A DNA stretch of 64,000 bases, from positions 154,348 to 218,347 of the forward strand of contig NW_015165850.1 of the NCBI RefSeq assembly GCF_001447785.1. The letters run 5' to 3'. The position numbers were made by a program, and so were the translations under genes. Origin of the DNA: Gekko japonicus. Its lineage: Eukaryota. Shown here piece after piece: positions 49,941 through 63,834 of this stretch; positions within the stretch are counted from its first letter, which is position 1; each line of letters starts with the position of its first letter. The notes beneath the pieces are model-generated. The model was not told the DNA's origin and did no database searches. It saw only the letters and a program-made list of their open reading frames with translations.

Positions 49941-50403
49941 CAGAGGTCATTTCGGGGGGGATCGCGGGGGATCGCAGTTCCCCCGGGTGAGGTACGGGGG
50001 CAGGGCACATGACGAAGCCCCGCTCCCTGCTTCCGGCCGCCCTGCTTCCGGCCCTCATTCAGCCAGGAGGAGGCAGGAGAAGAGGGAGGGTAAGTTCCTT
50101 CCTCCCTGCCTCTCCCCACCCCTGCCTGCCTGGGGCCAGGGAGGGCCTTCGTGGGGCTTCCTTGCGCTCCCGCCGGCCTCGCAGGTCCACCGCCGGGCCC
50201 CTCATGGGGCTCGGCAGTGGAGCTGCAAGGCCAGCGGCGGCCGGGACCGTTGGGGGTGGGGTGTGTGGCCTTATAACACACTTCTGGTGATGTCAGGGGG
50301 TGTGGCCTTGTGACACACTTCCGGTGATGTCAGGGTGTGTGGCATATGCTAATGAGTTATGCTAATGAGTTCCCCTAGCTCTTTTTCTACGAAACGACCC
50401 CTG
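49941..50403. mobile_element. GC-rich hAT MITE in PRPH2 intron 2
   Basis: TIR CAGAGGTCATTTCG / CGAAACGACCCCTG; perfect 8-bp TSD GGATGTGC; related end at about 21290-21390. Confidence 0.85.
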
Positions 50404-51021
50404 GGATGTGCTGTTTATTTCTACAGTTGACACTTGATGTTGTGTTCATTTTCTTAATCCATATTTGTTGATACACACATTCTTGCCATATGTAGCAATG
50501 ACACTTCATGCTGTGGTGTTCATTTGTATCAGCCAGCATTAGACGTTTTACACTTGCTTATTGATATATTATTTTTGATGTTACAAAAGTATCTTAATGC
50601 ATTACTTTTATATTTTGGACTCAAGCACTTATATTTTGGACTCAAGCACTGTTCCTTCTTCAGGGTATTATGGACATTTTTCTTTGGACAGCAACTTATG
50701 CCAGACCACAACATTTAAAAGTCTCACCAGTTTCAAAATCTCTTTGCCACAAAACACTGGGGAGAAGCAGGGGGCTGTGGTTCTACAGACATGTCTGAAG
50801 GCCCCCTAGCTCTGCAGAACTAATTGTACTGTTCTTCGAATCCCAGCCAGTAAACTAATCATTACAGTTATCTTAATTAGATCTATGCCTGGTCCACTGA
50901 AGTATTTGTCTGAATGGCTAGACTCTACACAGCTCTTGGTAATGTCTGTAAGAAGGAGCCTCGCAGAGTAGGCTGCTACCTCTGCTGGCATGGGAAAGAA
51001 CCACATAATTTGACATTATCT

Positions 51022-51237
51022 CCCCTGACCTGGATTACCCAGACTAGCCTGATCTCATCAGATCTTGGAAGCTAAGCAGGGTCAACCTTGGATGGTTAGT
51101 ACTTGGATGGAAGACCACCCAAAAAAGTATAGCTACACAGAAGCAGGCAATGGCAAACCACCTCTGAACATACCTTGCCTTGAAAACCCATAAAACCCAT
51201 AAATCGACTGGACCTGATGGCAAAAAAAAAAAAAAAA
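51022..51237 (+). mobile_element. 5S-derived SINE copy
   Basis: GATCTTGGAAGCTAAGCAGGGTC...GGTTAGTACTTGGATGG (near-verbatim 5S), RTE-type body, A tail. Confidence 0.8.
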
Positions 51238-53802
51238 GATATTACCAGAGCAGTGTGGAATCCAGCTGTGGGAAAGCAACTCTCCTCATAATGTAAGAAT
51301 CTGCACTAAGTATAGATTTGAAGCAGATCTGCGAAATTCTGAGGGTGCACCTCATGATAACATAGCTGTTTAAACATATTTCATCTCTTTGCCATATTTA
51401 CCACTCTCTCCTTAAAGAAAGGTTGGCGACCTGAATAGGTGCTAATCATCTACGCTGAATTGGTGGCTGCTGCTGCTGCTTTTAAACAATATTTTCACTA
51501 CCACGGCCCATAGTAGGCCTGGATGAGGAAGAGAAAGTGAAGGCAATGTATACTATTTATGATTTTATGACAGATGCCAGAGGACCTGTAACAGACACTG
51601 CTGCACTTCCCCCCCTGATAATAGGGAAGAGAATCTGCATATGATACCTGCTAAGTTTTACTGTGATATTATCTTGTCTGACCTTGCTGCTGATTTGTTT
51701 ATACTTTACTGGAAGCTATGGTAAGAGAGAATACTGGATTTTGAGAAATATTCTGGTGGCCTGTATTCTCTGCCTTCCTCCACTGTTGTTTATATACTTT
51801 GTCCTTACAATCACTGAAAGTGGACAAGAAGGGAAGCAAGTTGACCTAGGATATTTAATATTGCAACAAAATTGTTTTTATAATTTGCTGGAATGATATA
51901 GGAGATGATAAATACAAAGCTCATTTACAATGAATTATTTTCAAAAAGAAATGGTCTTCGGGGCCTGATGTAGCAGCTTTGGTGCTCCAGGATTTAATTA
52001 GTAGTACTTGCTACCAGATGACCAGTCAAGGGACCTTGAGTAGGGAGGATAATACTAAATGAAAGGAAAAATGGAAAGAACAAGAAGTTTGAATTGAAGA
52101 TTAGAAGACTAATATTTGGAAAACTGTTAAGTAAAAAAGTGTTGAGGGAGCGATAAATCTTCAAGGGAGAATCAATCTAAAAGTTTTCCACAACTAGAGG
52201 AAGGAGAAGAACAATTTCCTTTAACCCTATTTGCCCTGATTAAGTGGTATTGACTCATGAGAAGGAATTATCTGCTGTTTGGCTACAAGTTTAATTGCTC
52301 AGTTGCTAATATTATGGCCTATGAGCATAAGAAAAGAGGCAGGCCAGCAGCGAGGCTTCAAATGGCAGTCTGTCACCTTTTAAGCAAACTGGATCTCAAA
52401 GGGGGGGGGAACCTAATTTTCAATGTTTGCTTGTGGACAAAGTGCACATTCTAATCCATGTTAGTATTTGTGAATACAGAGGTTTGGAGGTACTAATTTT
52501 CCGGATTAAGAAACACTGTTATCTAGTGTACCACACTGGCTCATTGAACACTCTTCAGAAACCTCCCAAGTAGTATTGCCTCCCTGAAACAGAGACATTC
52601 CCCACACAAAAATATGGTTATATTTGGATTTATAATAAAAATTGGCCTGTTCTTAATCTGCAGAAAGTTAAATTCTACAAAAGACAAAAAGCCCATCCTA
52701 ATTTGAGCTAATCGCCTCAAGCTAAAGCTGAGGTAAACAGATTGACTTTAGAAGATCAGTCTTTTCTGCCAGTTACAGAGCCATCTATAGCTTATATGTA
52801 GACATGTTGAGTTGCTTTGCTTTATATACTACAGAGCAACCAGGAACAGAAATGTATTTTCAACAGTCTTTACATTTAATTATAATTTAAGTCAGTATAT
52901 TGAATGTATGTATCATGGAAGTGCTATATAGACCTTATATTCCTCTGTGGTAAAACATATTATTTATTGCTTTGAAGAAATGGGCTACTACTATTTCTGT
53001 CAGCCTGTGTATGCCTATCAAACAGGCATTAATAGGACAAATTAGAAATGTCCACTGATCAGCTGATTTCTAAGAGACTTAAATACAGCTTAGTTTTACT
53101 GGATCAGGGCCTTTGTGTTTTAATGTAAAACTTAAAAATGAAGCAAGTGAAGGCCATTGCTATTATCCGAAGGACTTCACTGAAGTGACCTTATATAAAA
53201 TATGGGGTTTAGTCCCAGGACAAAAATTTTTGAACCACGTTGATATCAAATGCCCAAAGACCGTCTGGGGGCTCAGGGCGGCTTCCATAAAAACATAAAT
53301 ACATTAAAATTACACAAATATTTAACCACACAAATAAAAACAATATAACCACACAAATAAAAACAAATGGCAAAAATCTTGTAAAGCATTTTTTCATGGG
53401 AGAATTCTTTGGACTAGTTTAGATCTATAAGGGAGACCTGTCCCCTTTAAAAAATAAGTTATATTTGAAAATGCTATGGAAGTTCCAAGAGGTTTTGTTG
53501 TTGTCTTTGTCATGTCTCCAGCACAATCCAGGATAAGATCTATGGGATGCACTTTTGCTTCTGAAACAATAAGTGTTCACATGACAAGCCTAAAAATATT
53601 CAGTTTAGATTAATGGTTAGGATCTGCTTATCATCATTATACCTTAATAATGTTAAAACTATTGTTTTGTGGAGATACTGCTTTTAAAAATCTCTCTCCC
53701 CAGTTGCAATCCCAGTTATTGGAGAGAAGTCATAACAGTTAACTAGACTACTTGTGCCATGTGTGAGACAAATATGTGTGTGTGTGTTAAGTGCTGTTAA
53801 GT

Positions 53803-54150
53803 ATGGTGCTGGAGATGACTCTTGAGAGTCCCTTGGACTCCAAGAAGATCAAATCAGTCAATCCTAAAAGAAATCAACCCTGACTGTTCCCTGGAAAGCC
53901 AGATAATGAAACTGAAGCTCAAATACTTTGGCCACCAAATGAGGAGGGAGCACTCACTGGAGAAGACCCTGATGCTGGGAAAGATAGAAGGTCAAAGAAG
54001 ATGGGGACAGCAAAGGATGAGATGGTTAGACAGTGTCATAGATGCAACGAACATGAAGTTGAGCAAACTTCAGAGAACGGCGGAAGACCGGAAGGCCTGG
54101 CGGGATCTGGTCCATGGGGTCACTCGACTGTGCGACTGAACAACAACAAA
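53803..54150 (+). mobile_element. BovB (RTE) LINE 3' end, 5'-truncated
   Basis: RVPWTPRRSNQSILKEINPDCSLE...KLKLKYFGH.MRR..SLEKTLMLGKIEG.RR.G.QRMRWLD; CTGAA(CAA)n tail; TSD TGTTAAGTGC (53785-53794, 54151-54160); inserted in the tail of another RTE fragment. Confidence 0.9.
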
Positions 54151-55269
54151 TGTTAAGTGCCATCAAGTTGTTTCCAACTTACGGTGACCATAGTATCCAA
54201 AATATCCTATTGTTCCATGTCTCTATTATGGTCTCTATACACTTGGAATATTCCTCCTCCCACCTCACCCCTCCTCCGTTTCACTTCATTTCAGTCTGGG
54301 TACAGGAAGACCCACTTTATGCCACACAAATATCTATGCTACAGGGCCGAGTATTGGCAATTTATTTCCAGGAAGAGACCTCTATGGCCTCAGGAGAAAT
54401 ACAATTGTCTTCCACTGTATGGGGGGAATTTGTTTATACTTTTTAATAAAATTGTTGTTAATTAAATTAAATAGAGAAAGTAACTGAATTTCTGTTTGGG
54501 AGTAACAACCTGTATCAGAGCTGGTAAACCAGAAGTAGGCTTCAAACATACTGAAGCAGAACATTCAATTGTTTAGCATGAAAAACATGAAAAGTTTTCA
54601 AAGATTAGTTTGATCTATAAATAAAAGCAAGTGGAACGGCAACATTTCTAGAGGACCAGGTACAGAGACTTATTGTGGAACCTTTAATCTTAACATCCTA
54701 TTAAAGACATTCTGATGCCAGAGGCATCCAAATTAAACATTCCAGTGGTAAATAACATAATTAACCATTTGATGTTCTTAACTAGCATACCTAAATCTGA
54801 TGTTTGATGCAGCTTGCCTCACCTCCTTGATAGGACTGGCCTACTATTTATAAATCAAACTTTAGTAGGAATTATATTGATAAGCTTAATAAATTGTCTC
54901 CTTTATTAATTTGTAATATCTTATTGTGGAAAGCTAATTGCAAGCATTCTGGGGATCACTCCTGTTGATTTAAAGTGTATAAAGCAATGAGAACAATGCA
55001 TCCTCTACTCTACCAATCACCTCTCACAGACTGGACTGCTGACCTTGGGGGAGGTCCAGGATAATTGTGTCATCAGCAAGCTGTTCACTCAAGAGCTGAA
55101 TCAAATAGAACAATTATAATTAATTAAAATAAAGTACGTGTGAGAAACTTTACAGTATCAGTATTCGTTCAAGAGCTGGTATGCATGTGAGTGATACCAA
55201 TGGCACCATAAGAGGATTCGAGCATCATGAGATAAATGCCTAAACCCACATTGTTCATTTATCATCTTA

Positions 55270-55515
55270 TATTGCAGGAATCTATAATTTATTTATATAA
55301 ATACTTATACCCAGCTTTTCTCACCAATGAGAACCCAAAGAAGCTTGCACCCCTGGCTCAATTTTATCCTCACAACCACCACCCTGTGAGGTGGGGAAGG
55401 ATGGGAGAAATAGACTGGCCCAAGGTCACCTAGCAAGCATCCATGGGAGAGTGGGGATTTGAACCCTGCATTTCTCAGATTCCAGTCTGGCACTCTAACC
55501 ACTACACCGCACATG
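55270..55515 (-). mobile_element. tRNA-derived SINE (MIR/Squam3-like)
   Basis: TTTTATCCTCACAAC...CCCAAGGTCACC...GGATTTGAACCC...TAACCACTACACC; related copies near 42500-42690, 47680-47875 and 60200-60390. Confidence 0.7.
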
Positions 55516-55804
55516 CTCTCTTTGTGCAAAGGAGTACTGAAATAGGCCACAAATGCAATACATTCAAAAGCTGAACAATTGCAGGGAATGCTAGAGATAC
55601 TCTACACCTAGAGTGCCGCTTGCTCTAGGTTCCTCATTGCTAGAAGTAAATCTTTTTTGGATGTACTAATAAAGTGTGGCTCCAGGATTGGGCTGGGAAG
55701 AAAGTGTGTTTCAGAGATCAGACGTCTGTGAAACATTGCTACAAATTCTGACACAGACCGATTGTTACTAGTTTTTATCACACTTCATTCTCTGTCCAAT
55801 GCAG

Positions 55805-56035
55805 GTATCGATTATGATAGGGTTACGGCTGTTGCATACCTCATTAGAGAGCATCACCAATCCGGAAGATCCTGACTGTGAGAGTGAAGGGTGGCTCTTG
55901 GAGAAGAGCTTTAAAGAAACTATCAAATCTACCATGGAAAACTTGAAAAAGGTTGGTAAGTTAAATCAAGTGGAAGCTCAAGGCGCAGAAGGTGAAGAAG
56001 GTACAAAAACCCAAGCTGTCACAACTGTGAGCTGA
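55805..56035 (+). CDS. PRPH2: Peripherin-2 coding exon 3 (end of TM4, cytoplasmic C-terminus)
   Basis: Acceptor CAATGCAG| at 55804; VSIMIGLRLLHTSLE...ESEGWLLEKS...NQVEA...TTVS-stop. Spliced CDS 581+247+231=1059 nt = 352 aa + stop, in frame. Confidence 0.97.
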   Translation, partial: VSIMIGLRLLHTSLESITNPEDPDCESEGWLLEKSFKETIKSTMENLKKVGKLNQVEAQGAEGEEGTKTQAVTTVS

Positions 56036-59000
56036 GCTTCTTGGTGGACAAGACTGTTCCTATTGACTGAGAATTGTGAATATTCACTTTTTAAAAGGTA
56101 TAAGCCATCACAACTTTACATTTGTAAAACCAAAACCCTCACTTTTATACATATGACAAATACAATCTAGTATATTTGGGGCTAATACAGGCATCCTTAG
56201 AAGTGTAAGACAGCTGATATCTCCTATGGGAAATGGCCAGAACAAGATGCTTTGAAGCAAATACATCCATTTTCTAGGGGTGTAGGCATGATGTTCAGAA
56301 AACTCATGTTAACATTCTGTAATGTGGAGAACTGGTTGGCACTATCTCGTCTCATGCCATCAGGAAGTAAAAGGAAGAATTTAAAGTTAAATATTTTTGT
56401 ACTTAAGTTTACATATATATTTGGAAAAATCTATATACTTTTTTGTTAGGTAAAGGCCATTAAATATACCCATAGTAGGGCAAAAACTAAGATGTCAAAT
56501 TAGCCGAAATATTTATAGAAAGGTATATAGATTTTAGCTTATTGTTTAGATAACATTCTAATACTGGGTATTGTTCAAAGTTGTCACTGAAGAAATGTCT
56601 TCAGCCACATTCACATGATGTACAAAAATAGAGGAAAGTTCTACTGCACTTTTAAATATTGAATATAAATTTGATGTTTGACACAAGCAAAAACACGCCG
56701 ATATGAACGTCAAGCGAAGGTATATCTTGTTACTGATGTCTGTTCAGGTGTTGTACTATTGAGAGAGCATGACTAATTACTGTAGGTGTTTCTGTATTTC
56801 AGCTAGTTAAAAGATTTAGGCTCACTTGTTTAACCTGCACACCAGTAAAACCAAATCTTTTGTAAAACTACACTGCATTTTGTAAGGTATTTGTAGCAAC
56901 CATCCTGAATAGCGTGGTTGCTGAGGAAAAAGTTGCTACAGAAATCAACACTTGGGATAGAGAGTTTTCCCAGGCATCTGGACCCCAAATTCCTTAATAA
57001 TTATAATTCCTTAATAATTATAACATGGTCCATACATTAAAGGAATTTGATGCAATGCAGAAAAAAATGTAGTGATTCCTGTAATCAAAGCATATCCTAC
57101 ATAGGATATTGACTCGGTGCATCTTAGATGTAACATGATTGTGTATTATTCTACACACAGAGAATCATAGCAAACACCTTTCATTTTATAAGTTGTTCTG
57201 CATGAAATTTTATCTTTTATATTTATTTATACATGCATACATATAATTGCCAGGTAAGCCTTCCCCAAGAGAAGCAAGCTCCTTTTTCAAGCAGCAAGAG
57301 CTTACTATGAAACATTTAGCTAGTTCCTCTTGTGTTCTAAGGGCTATGTGGAACATAGAGTTGACCTGGTCTTTGTCCAAAGGACCTAAATGATAAAAGG
57401 TCCAACACAGGCAAGGGAAGAGGACAGGGATTATGAGTGGGCACAGTGACCAGTAAGAGAGAAAAGAGGAGGAGGAGAGGTGAGGCTAGAGTGGCTCAAA
57501 CAGTTGCAGGCAGAAGAAAGTGACAAGGGGAAACACAAGACATAAGTTGCATATAAAGATGAGAACTTGCCTTATATTGAGTGGCCATTGGTCCATATAG
57601 TTCAGGGTCTACTCTTACTGGCAGTGGCTTTCCAGAATCACAGGAAGAACCTGGGATCTTCTTCCTACAGACAGTGTGTTGCTCCACTGCGCAGCTGCAT
57701 CATGATGCACACATACATGGGAGTGAGAAGTGACAGGAGATGAGCCAATTGCAAAAGATGCCGTTCATAAGAGGAGACTATTGAACTCTTCTAGGTATGA
57801 AGACCTGGCCGCATCTAGAGAAATGCAGAGCCTGGACTACAACTCTGTTATGAAACAGGAAGCCAGGGCAGGGACTTAGGGGGGGGGGGCAACATGGTCA
57901 CAGTGGGCGGGAGGCTAGCAGTATAAATTAAGTGGATTGGAGGAAAAGTCACCAAGGAGGAAGGTTAGAAAAATTTCTATGAGGAGTTGCTGAAGTACAG
58001 ACAGGGAGCTGGAAATCAGTTACAAAACAAAAGGAGCAAAGCTTTGAGATAACTGACCATGCAGAAGTGCTAGGCTCAATAACTGCTTGGATATAGGAAG
58101 AGGAAAGAAAGGAGTCAAAGGCAAAGTTCTAATCATATCATAGATAGCTTTTAGTACAAATTGTCGATCTCAGGACTGAAGTTCTACTCTTTTACTAATT
58201 GAAAAGATTGTTAAATGTTACCAGCTATGCATCTCCATATAGAATATTGGCATGAAATTGTAGAATTCTGCCTTTTAGTATCTCACAATCCACTTTTAGA
58301 ATTTTAGGGTGGGTATCTCCTGTGAATAGCAGAACAAGCAAGCAACATACAAATGCCATTGAGTATGGTAAGCAAAGTGGTAGGAATCTTTTGTATATAC
58401 TTGGTCTGTAATGTGTGCAGTTTGTCAATATGAGTAATATTTCCAACAGTCAAAAAGCTGTAGATTAATTAAGAAGATTAATTATAATCTCAAAATTCCC
58501 TTTGGGAGTTTTTATGGTAGTTTTATATGCAGCACCAGACTGTTTTATATCACACCTAAGCTTACTGCTGCCCTAGTTCAAGCTTAGACCATTGCCTCAT
58601 AGAGATGTGGGTCTGCCCTCATGATCTATGATTAATTGTCCCAACTTATTCTTTTGCTGACATTTCAGAATACCTGGTTTCACTGAGGAAAAATCTTGTT
58701 CTCACAGCTAATATCAAGAGCACCCTCAGTGTGTTAGATATGCACAGACTGTAGAAGAATGATTTGTTTCAGAACACAGGAAAAGCTTAGAATTTACCTG
58801 TGAATGAAATAGCAGAAATTGGTTCTTATCAATCAATCCTTTTTCTTCTTCCTCTGAAGGGGGACATTCTCCACCATTGGATTGTGTTGCTTCCCAAGGG
58901 ACAGGACAAGCAAAAAAAAATGGAACCCTCTCCCATCTGATTTGTTTACCTCTTCCCTTGGCAACAACATAATCCAGCGATGAAGGTTGCCCAGTGAGGA

Positions 59001-59427
59001 AAGGAAAATAGGTCATAAACAAAACAAAGAGAAACTATATGACCACGCAAGATCAGGCTTTTCAGTTTATGAGGAGCCTTCAAACTGATTGCTTTGTATT
59101 TATGCAACTTGTAAAATTGTTCCTGTCAAACGAGGTTTTGTGATATTGTAAATGCCATTTAAATAGATTTGTAGGTACTATTTGCAAATGTGAATGTAGA
59201 ATCTTAAAACATATTTTAAGAGAGTACTTGTTAAGAGAAAATGTTGAAATACATAAGGTTTAATTTCCCCCCTTTGTTTGCATTATTCGTGTCCCTACAA
59301 TTATTGTGTCACTTTTATTCATGTGTAAATTGGCCTTTGATGAGAACACACTGCAACTGCTAACTATCTAGGACCAGAAAAATCACACATGGTCTGCATT
59401 TTCTTTCCAAGACACATCTTACCTTGC

Positions 59428-59433
59428 AATAAA
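59428..59433 (+). terminator. Candidate PRPH2 polyadenylation signal
   Basis: AATAAA followed by CCTGTTTTTG at the end of a repeat-poor AT-rich stretch downstream of the stop codon; would imply a 3.4 kb 3'UTR. Not verifiable without transcripts. Confidence 0.35.
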
Positions 59434-61009
59434 CCTGTTTTTGCCAGTCCACATGCACTCAATGGAATTACAACACTCAATGGAATTACAACCTTACAAA
59501 TGATACCCGTATCAGCACATTGGTTGCATTCACTTTAAATTTTAGGTGTTTGTTTGTTGTACACATGGTTGCCGCTTTCCCCAGTGGGTGATCCCTCAGC
59601 CACAGCTTCTATTTCCTACAGTGGAGTGGTAGTAAGACCCTAAAGTTCCCGCTAATTCCTAGAGAAGTATGACCTCACTTTCAGGTTTTCCTGGTGGGAG
59701 AAAGAAACTGGCCGTCACGCTAACAGCATAATGTTACTTCTGGAAAACCCCAAAAGTGATGTCATGCCTCTGTAGGAATCACCAGAACCATAGAGCTTCC
59801 AGTGATTCCTATAGAGGCATGACATCACTTCCAGGTTTCCTCCAGAAGTGACAGTAGCCCTCCCGTAACCTCCCTTGCTAGTTGCCAAGCTGTGCCTAGC
59901 AACCCTAGATATAAATCTAAAATTATAACAGATATGGCCCAAAGCACATTGTCAGTATTCACCATTGTACAAAGGATATAAAATTTACACAGACTCCCAA
60001 ATCCATCCAGTCACCAAGGTTGATATAATTTAGACAAACCAACTGCTCTTGAAACTGCATTTTAAGAATATGAGGATTGTCTTGTTAAGGTTAGAACAAT
60101 TTAATTTAGTATTACCCTAACCCTAAATGCCCACAAGCCAGGTGGTAGTGCTATTGAGTGCTGTATGAACAGATGAAACCACTTATCACATTTTCATCTA
60201 ATCTCCAAAATTTTCAGGATGGTATACATGGTCTGCTCCCACTCATTTTAATGTTCACGTAACCCCTTTGATGTAGGATAAGCTGAGAGTAACATCCAAG
60301 GTCATTCAGTGAACTTCATGGCTGAGTAGAGATTTGAAGTAGGGTCTCTCAGTCCTATTTCAGCCCCCTAACCATTATACCACACTGGATCTCCCTAGGT
60401 TGCTTTATGCAGAGTTGGACTATTCATCCATCTAGCTCAGTGTTGTCTATCTGGCTGGCAATGGCACTCCAGGGTCTCATCTAGAGGAAGGCAGTTCCCA
60501 ATAGCTGTTACATAAGAACCTTTAACTGCAGAGGCCAGGGACTGACTGGCAAACATCTGCATACAAGGTACATAATCTATCCCTGAGCCACACTCTCAAC
60601 ATTAGCATTTGGTTCTCAGAGACACAGTACCTTAGAACTAGATCATTTAGTTGCCATTCAGCTACAGTAAGCTGACAAATCTTACCCATTAATTTCTCCA
60701 GTTCTTTAAAATAATCTAAACCAACTGCTATGACCCTGTCTGGTGTAGGAAATTACTGAAATTCATTATGGAACCCAATTTAATTCTACAAGTATATATT
60801 CACTTTATAGCTGAATGGTCTGGACGTGACTTGGCCTCTTGAGATCATGCAAAAACACCCAGCCATTAGAAACAGAAGGTCTATTCAGCATGAAGCAGCC
60901 TACCCACATACCCGAGGGCAGGTAGGATTTATAAAGAGGCACTACTTGCATAATCCAGAACCTCTGCCATTATAGATTCCTGTAATGGCAGCTGTGTTGC
61001 TGAAGTTCT

Positions 61010-61894
61010 TAAGAACATAAGAGAAGCCAATGTTGGATCAGGCCAATAGCCCATCCAGTCCAACACTCTGTCACACAGTGGCNNNNNNNNNNNNNNNNNN
61101 NNNNNNNNNNNNNNNNNNNNNNNNNNNNNNNNNNNNNNNNNNNNNNNNNNNNNNNNNNNNNNNNNNNNNNNNNNNNNNNNNNNNNNNNNNNNNNNNNNNN
61201 NNNNNNNNNNNNNNNNNNNNNNNNNNNNNNNNNNNNNNNNNNNNNNNNNNNNNNNNNNNNNNNNNNNNNNNNNNNNNNNNNNNNNNNNNNNNNNNNNNNN
61301 NNNNNNNNNNNNNNNNNNNNNNNNNNNNNNNNNNNNNNNNNNNNNNNNNNNNNNNNNNNNNNNNNNNNNNNNNNNNNNNNNNNNNNNNNNNNNNNNNNNN
61401 NNNNNNNNNNNNNNNNNNNNNNNNNNNNNNNTCTTTCCAATGCTATGATATCCTTTCTGAGGTATGGTGATCAGAATTGCACACAGTATTCCAAATGAGG
61501 TCGCACCATCGATTTATACAGGGACATTATGATACTGGCTGATTTGTTTTCAGTTCCCTTCCTAATAATCCCCAGCATAGCGTTGGCCTTTTTTATTGCA
61601 GTCGCACACTGTTTTTACATTTTCAGTGAGTTATTTACTATGACTCCAAGATCTCTCTCTTGGTCAGTCTCTGCCAGTTCGGACCCCATCAACGTGTATT
61701 TATAGTTAGGATTTTTGGCCCCAATGCATATCACTTTGCACTTTGCTACATTGAACCCCATTTGCCACATTGACGCTCACTCGCCCATCTTCAACAGATC
61801 CCTTTGGAGTGCCTCACAATCCTCCCTGGTTTTTACCACCCTGAACAATTTTGTGTCATCTGCAAATTTAGCCACTTCACTGCTTACTCCCAAC
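61010..61894 (-). mobile_element. CR1 LINE 3' fragment spanning an assembly gap
   Basis: TAAGAACATAAGA tail and CR1 RT-region sequence (TGTGTCATCTGCAAA = FADDT on minus). Confidence 0.85.
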
Positions 61895-63219
61895 CTGAGA
61901 GCCTGCACTTCCATGACCAACTCTGGACTGGCTCAGACACATACTATATATTATTAACTTTGGAAAATGACACATAGCATCACATTCTAACATGGTCAGT
62001 TTTCTTATGTGTAAAATAATTGCCTACTGACTAGCCAAGGTAATTGTATAACCCAGCAATGGGACTTCTTTCTAAGTTTCCTGTACCACTTCTCCATACT
62101 TACATAACCTTTTCACATCTTACAAATCTGCTAAACTTCACTGGAGGTTGAAAATGTACAACTATCTGTTTTTGTTGTTTAAGGTTAAGACTTAGGACCA
62201 AAAATCTTTTGTTTGCCTGCTTTATATCTAAAAGGGGTCAAATATATACTACTAGGTTTACACAGAGCAGTACAATAATTTTTGCTTAGATGTGGATATT
62301 TTTTAGAATGTAAAAAAGATTGGAAGTTCACCCCATTCTCCTCGAAGACACAGCAAATTTTATCAAACATGTTGAGGGGCAGAAAGTATGAACAGTCCTT
62401 GCAGAGCTAATAATTCCTAAGTAGCCTTAATACAATTTATAAGATTAACCTTCATGCATTCCTCTGTCCTGGATACCTTCTAATACCGGACAATGGTTGC
62501 TTCCTGGTGCATGTCCTGCTTAGTTGAAGCTGAGTAAAGCTATATCAGGCTCCTCAAGGTAAGGCTAACCTTCATTAAATTAGTTTGCAAATAATGAAAC
62601 AATTTTTAAAGTGTTCCAGCAAACTCAGGACTAATAAACTTTATTACAGACTATTTCATATTAAATCTAGTGTTGACCTTAATGAAATGTTTAAAAGATA
62701 ACATGGTTTGCAGTCCTGATTTGTAAAGAGCATTAGAGGTTAGTTCATTAAGAGATAAGGCCAGAGAAAATAGAATGTCACAAGCTAACACATCTTTGTT
62801 AAGATTAATGCCTGGCCAACTTTCCATCACAGCAGCATGTTAGGAAATGCAGAGATCTAGTTTCAAGCTCAAAGACAAGGTTATCTCCCATTGTATACAA
62901 TCAGCTGCATTGAAAAACATTGTTTGAAACGTAATCAGATGATACATTTGATCTGTGCATAAGTCTGATTGGTCATGTACACAAGCCCACATCTCATGAG
63001 ATCAACATGTATTATGAACCAGCCCACAGAACATTAGGGCATGCCTACATCACCCTTACTAAGAAGCAGCATTTCAAAACCCCTCCAAGTAATTCAGCTC
63101 ACATTTGGTTTCTGCAAGTGGTAGAAGAAAAAACTTCATTTGAAGGGCAGACACAGGATTGTCAGCATTCTCATAACATTTGATGAACAATGCTTCATGA
63201 TGTGTGTGCCAAGTGCTGC

Positions 63220-63429
63220 CAGCCCCAACCTGGATTACCCAGGCTGGCCTGATCTCATCAGATCTTGGAAACTAAGCAGGGTTGGCCCTGGTCAGTATTT
63301 GGGTGGGAGACTACCAAGGAATACCAGGGTGGCAACACAAAGGCAGGAAGTGGCAAACTACCTCTGAACATCTCTTGCCTTGAAAACTCTATAGAGTCTC
63401 CATAAGTCGGCTGCCATGATGGCAAAAAA
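63220..63429 (+). mobile_element. 5S-derived SINE copy
   Basis: Same head, body and tail; GGAATACCAGGGTG resembles the 5S 3' part. Confidence 0.8.
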
Positions 63430-63438
63430 GGGGGGGGG

Positions 63439-63834
63439 GCTGTCAGGTCACTCTGAACTTACGGCAATCCTATGAATTAATGACCTCTAACACATCCTAT
63501 TGTTAATAGCCTTGCTCAGGTATTGCAAACTAAGGGCCCTCATGGCTTCCTTGACTGAGTCAATGCATCTCATGTCGGGGCTTCCTCATTTCCTGCTGTC
63601 CTCAACTTTTCCTAACATTATAGTCTTTCCCAGTGAGTCTTGACTTTTCATAATGCAACCAAAGTACAATATCCTCAGGTTAGTCATTTTCGCTTCTAGG
63701 GAAGAGTTCTGGCTTGATTTGATCTAGAACCCATTTATTGACCTTTTTGGTGGTCTATGGTATCTGTAAAACTCTCCTCTAACACTACATTTCAAATGGA
63801 TCAACTTTCTTCCTATCAGGTTTCTTCATTATCC
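63439..63834 (-). mobile_element. RTE-clade LINE 3' fragment
   Basis: Reverse complement matches the 5009 and 28246 copies (GAAAAGACTATAATGTTAGGAAAAGTTGAGGACAGCAGG). Confidence 0.75.

Noticed and set aside
50608-59491. Short exact tandem duplications (21 bp at 50608, 17 bp at 56988, 18 bp at 59456)
   Set aside because: Ordinary slippage duplications with no sign of function.
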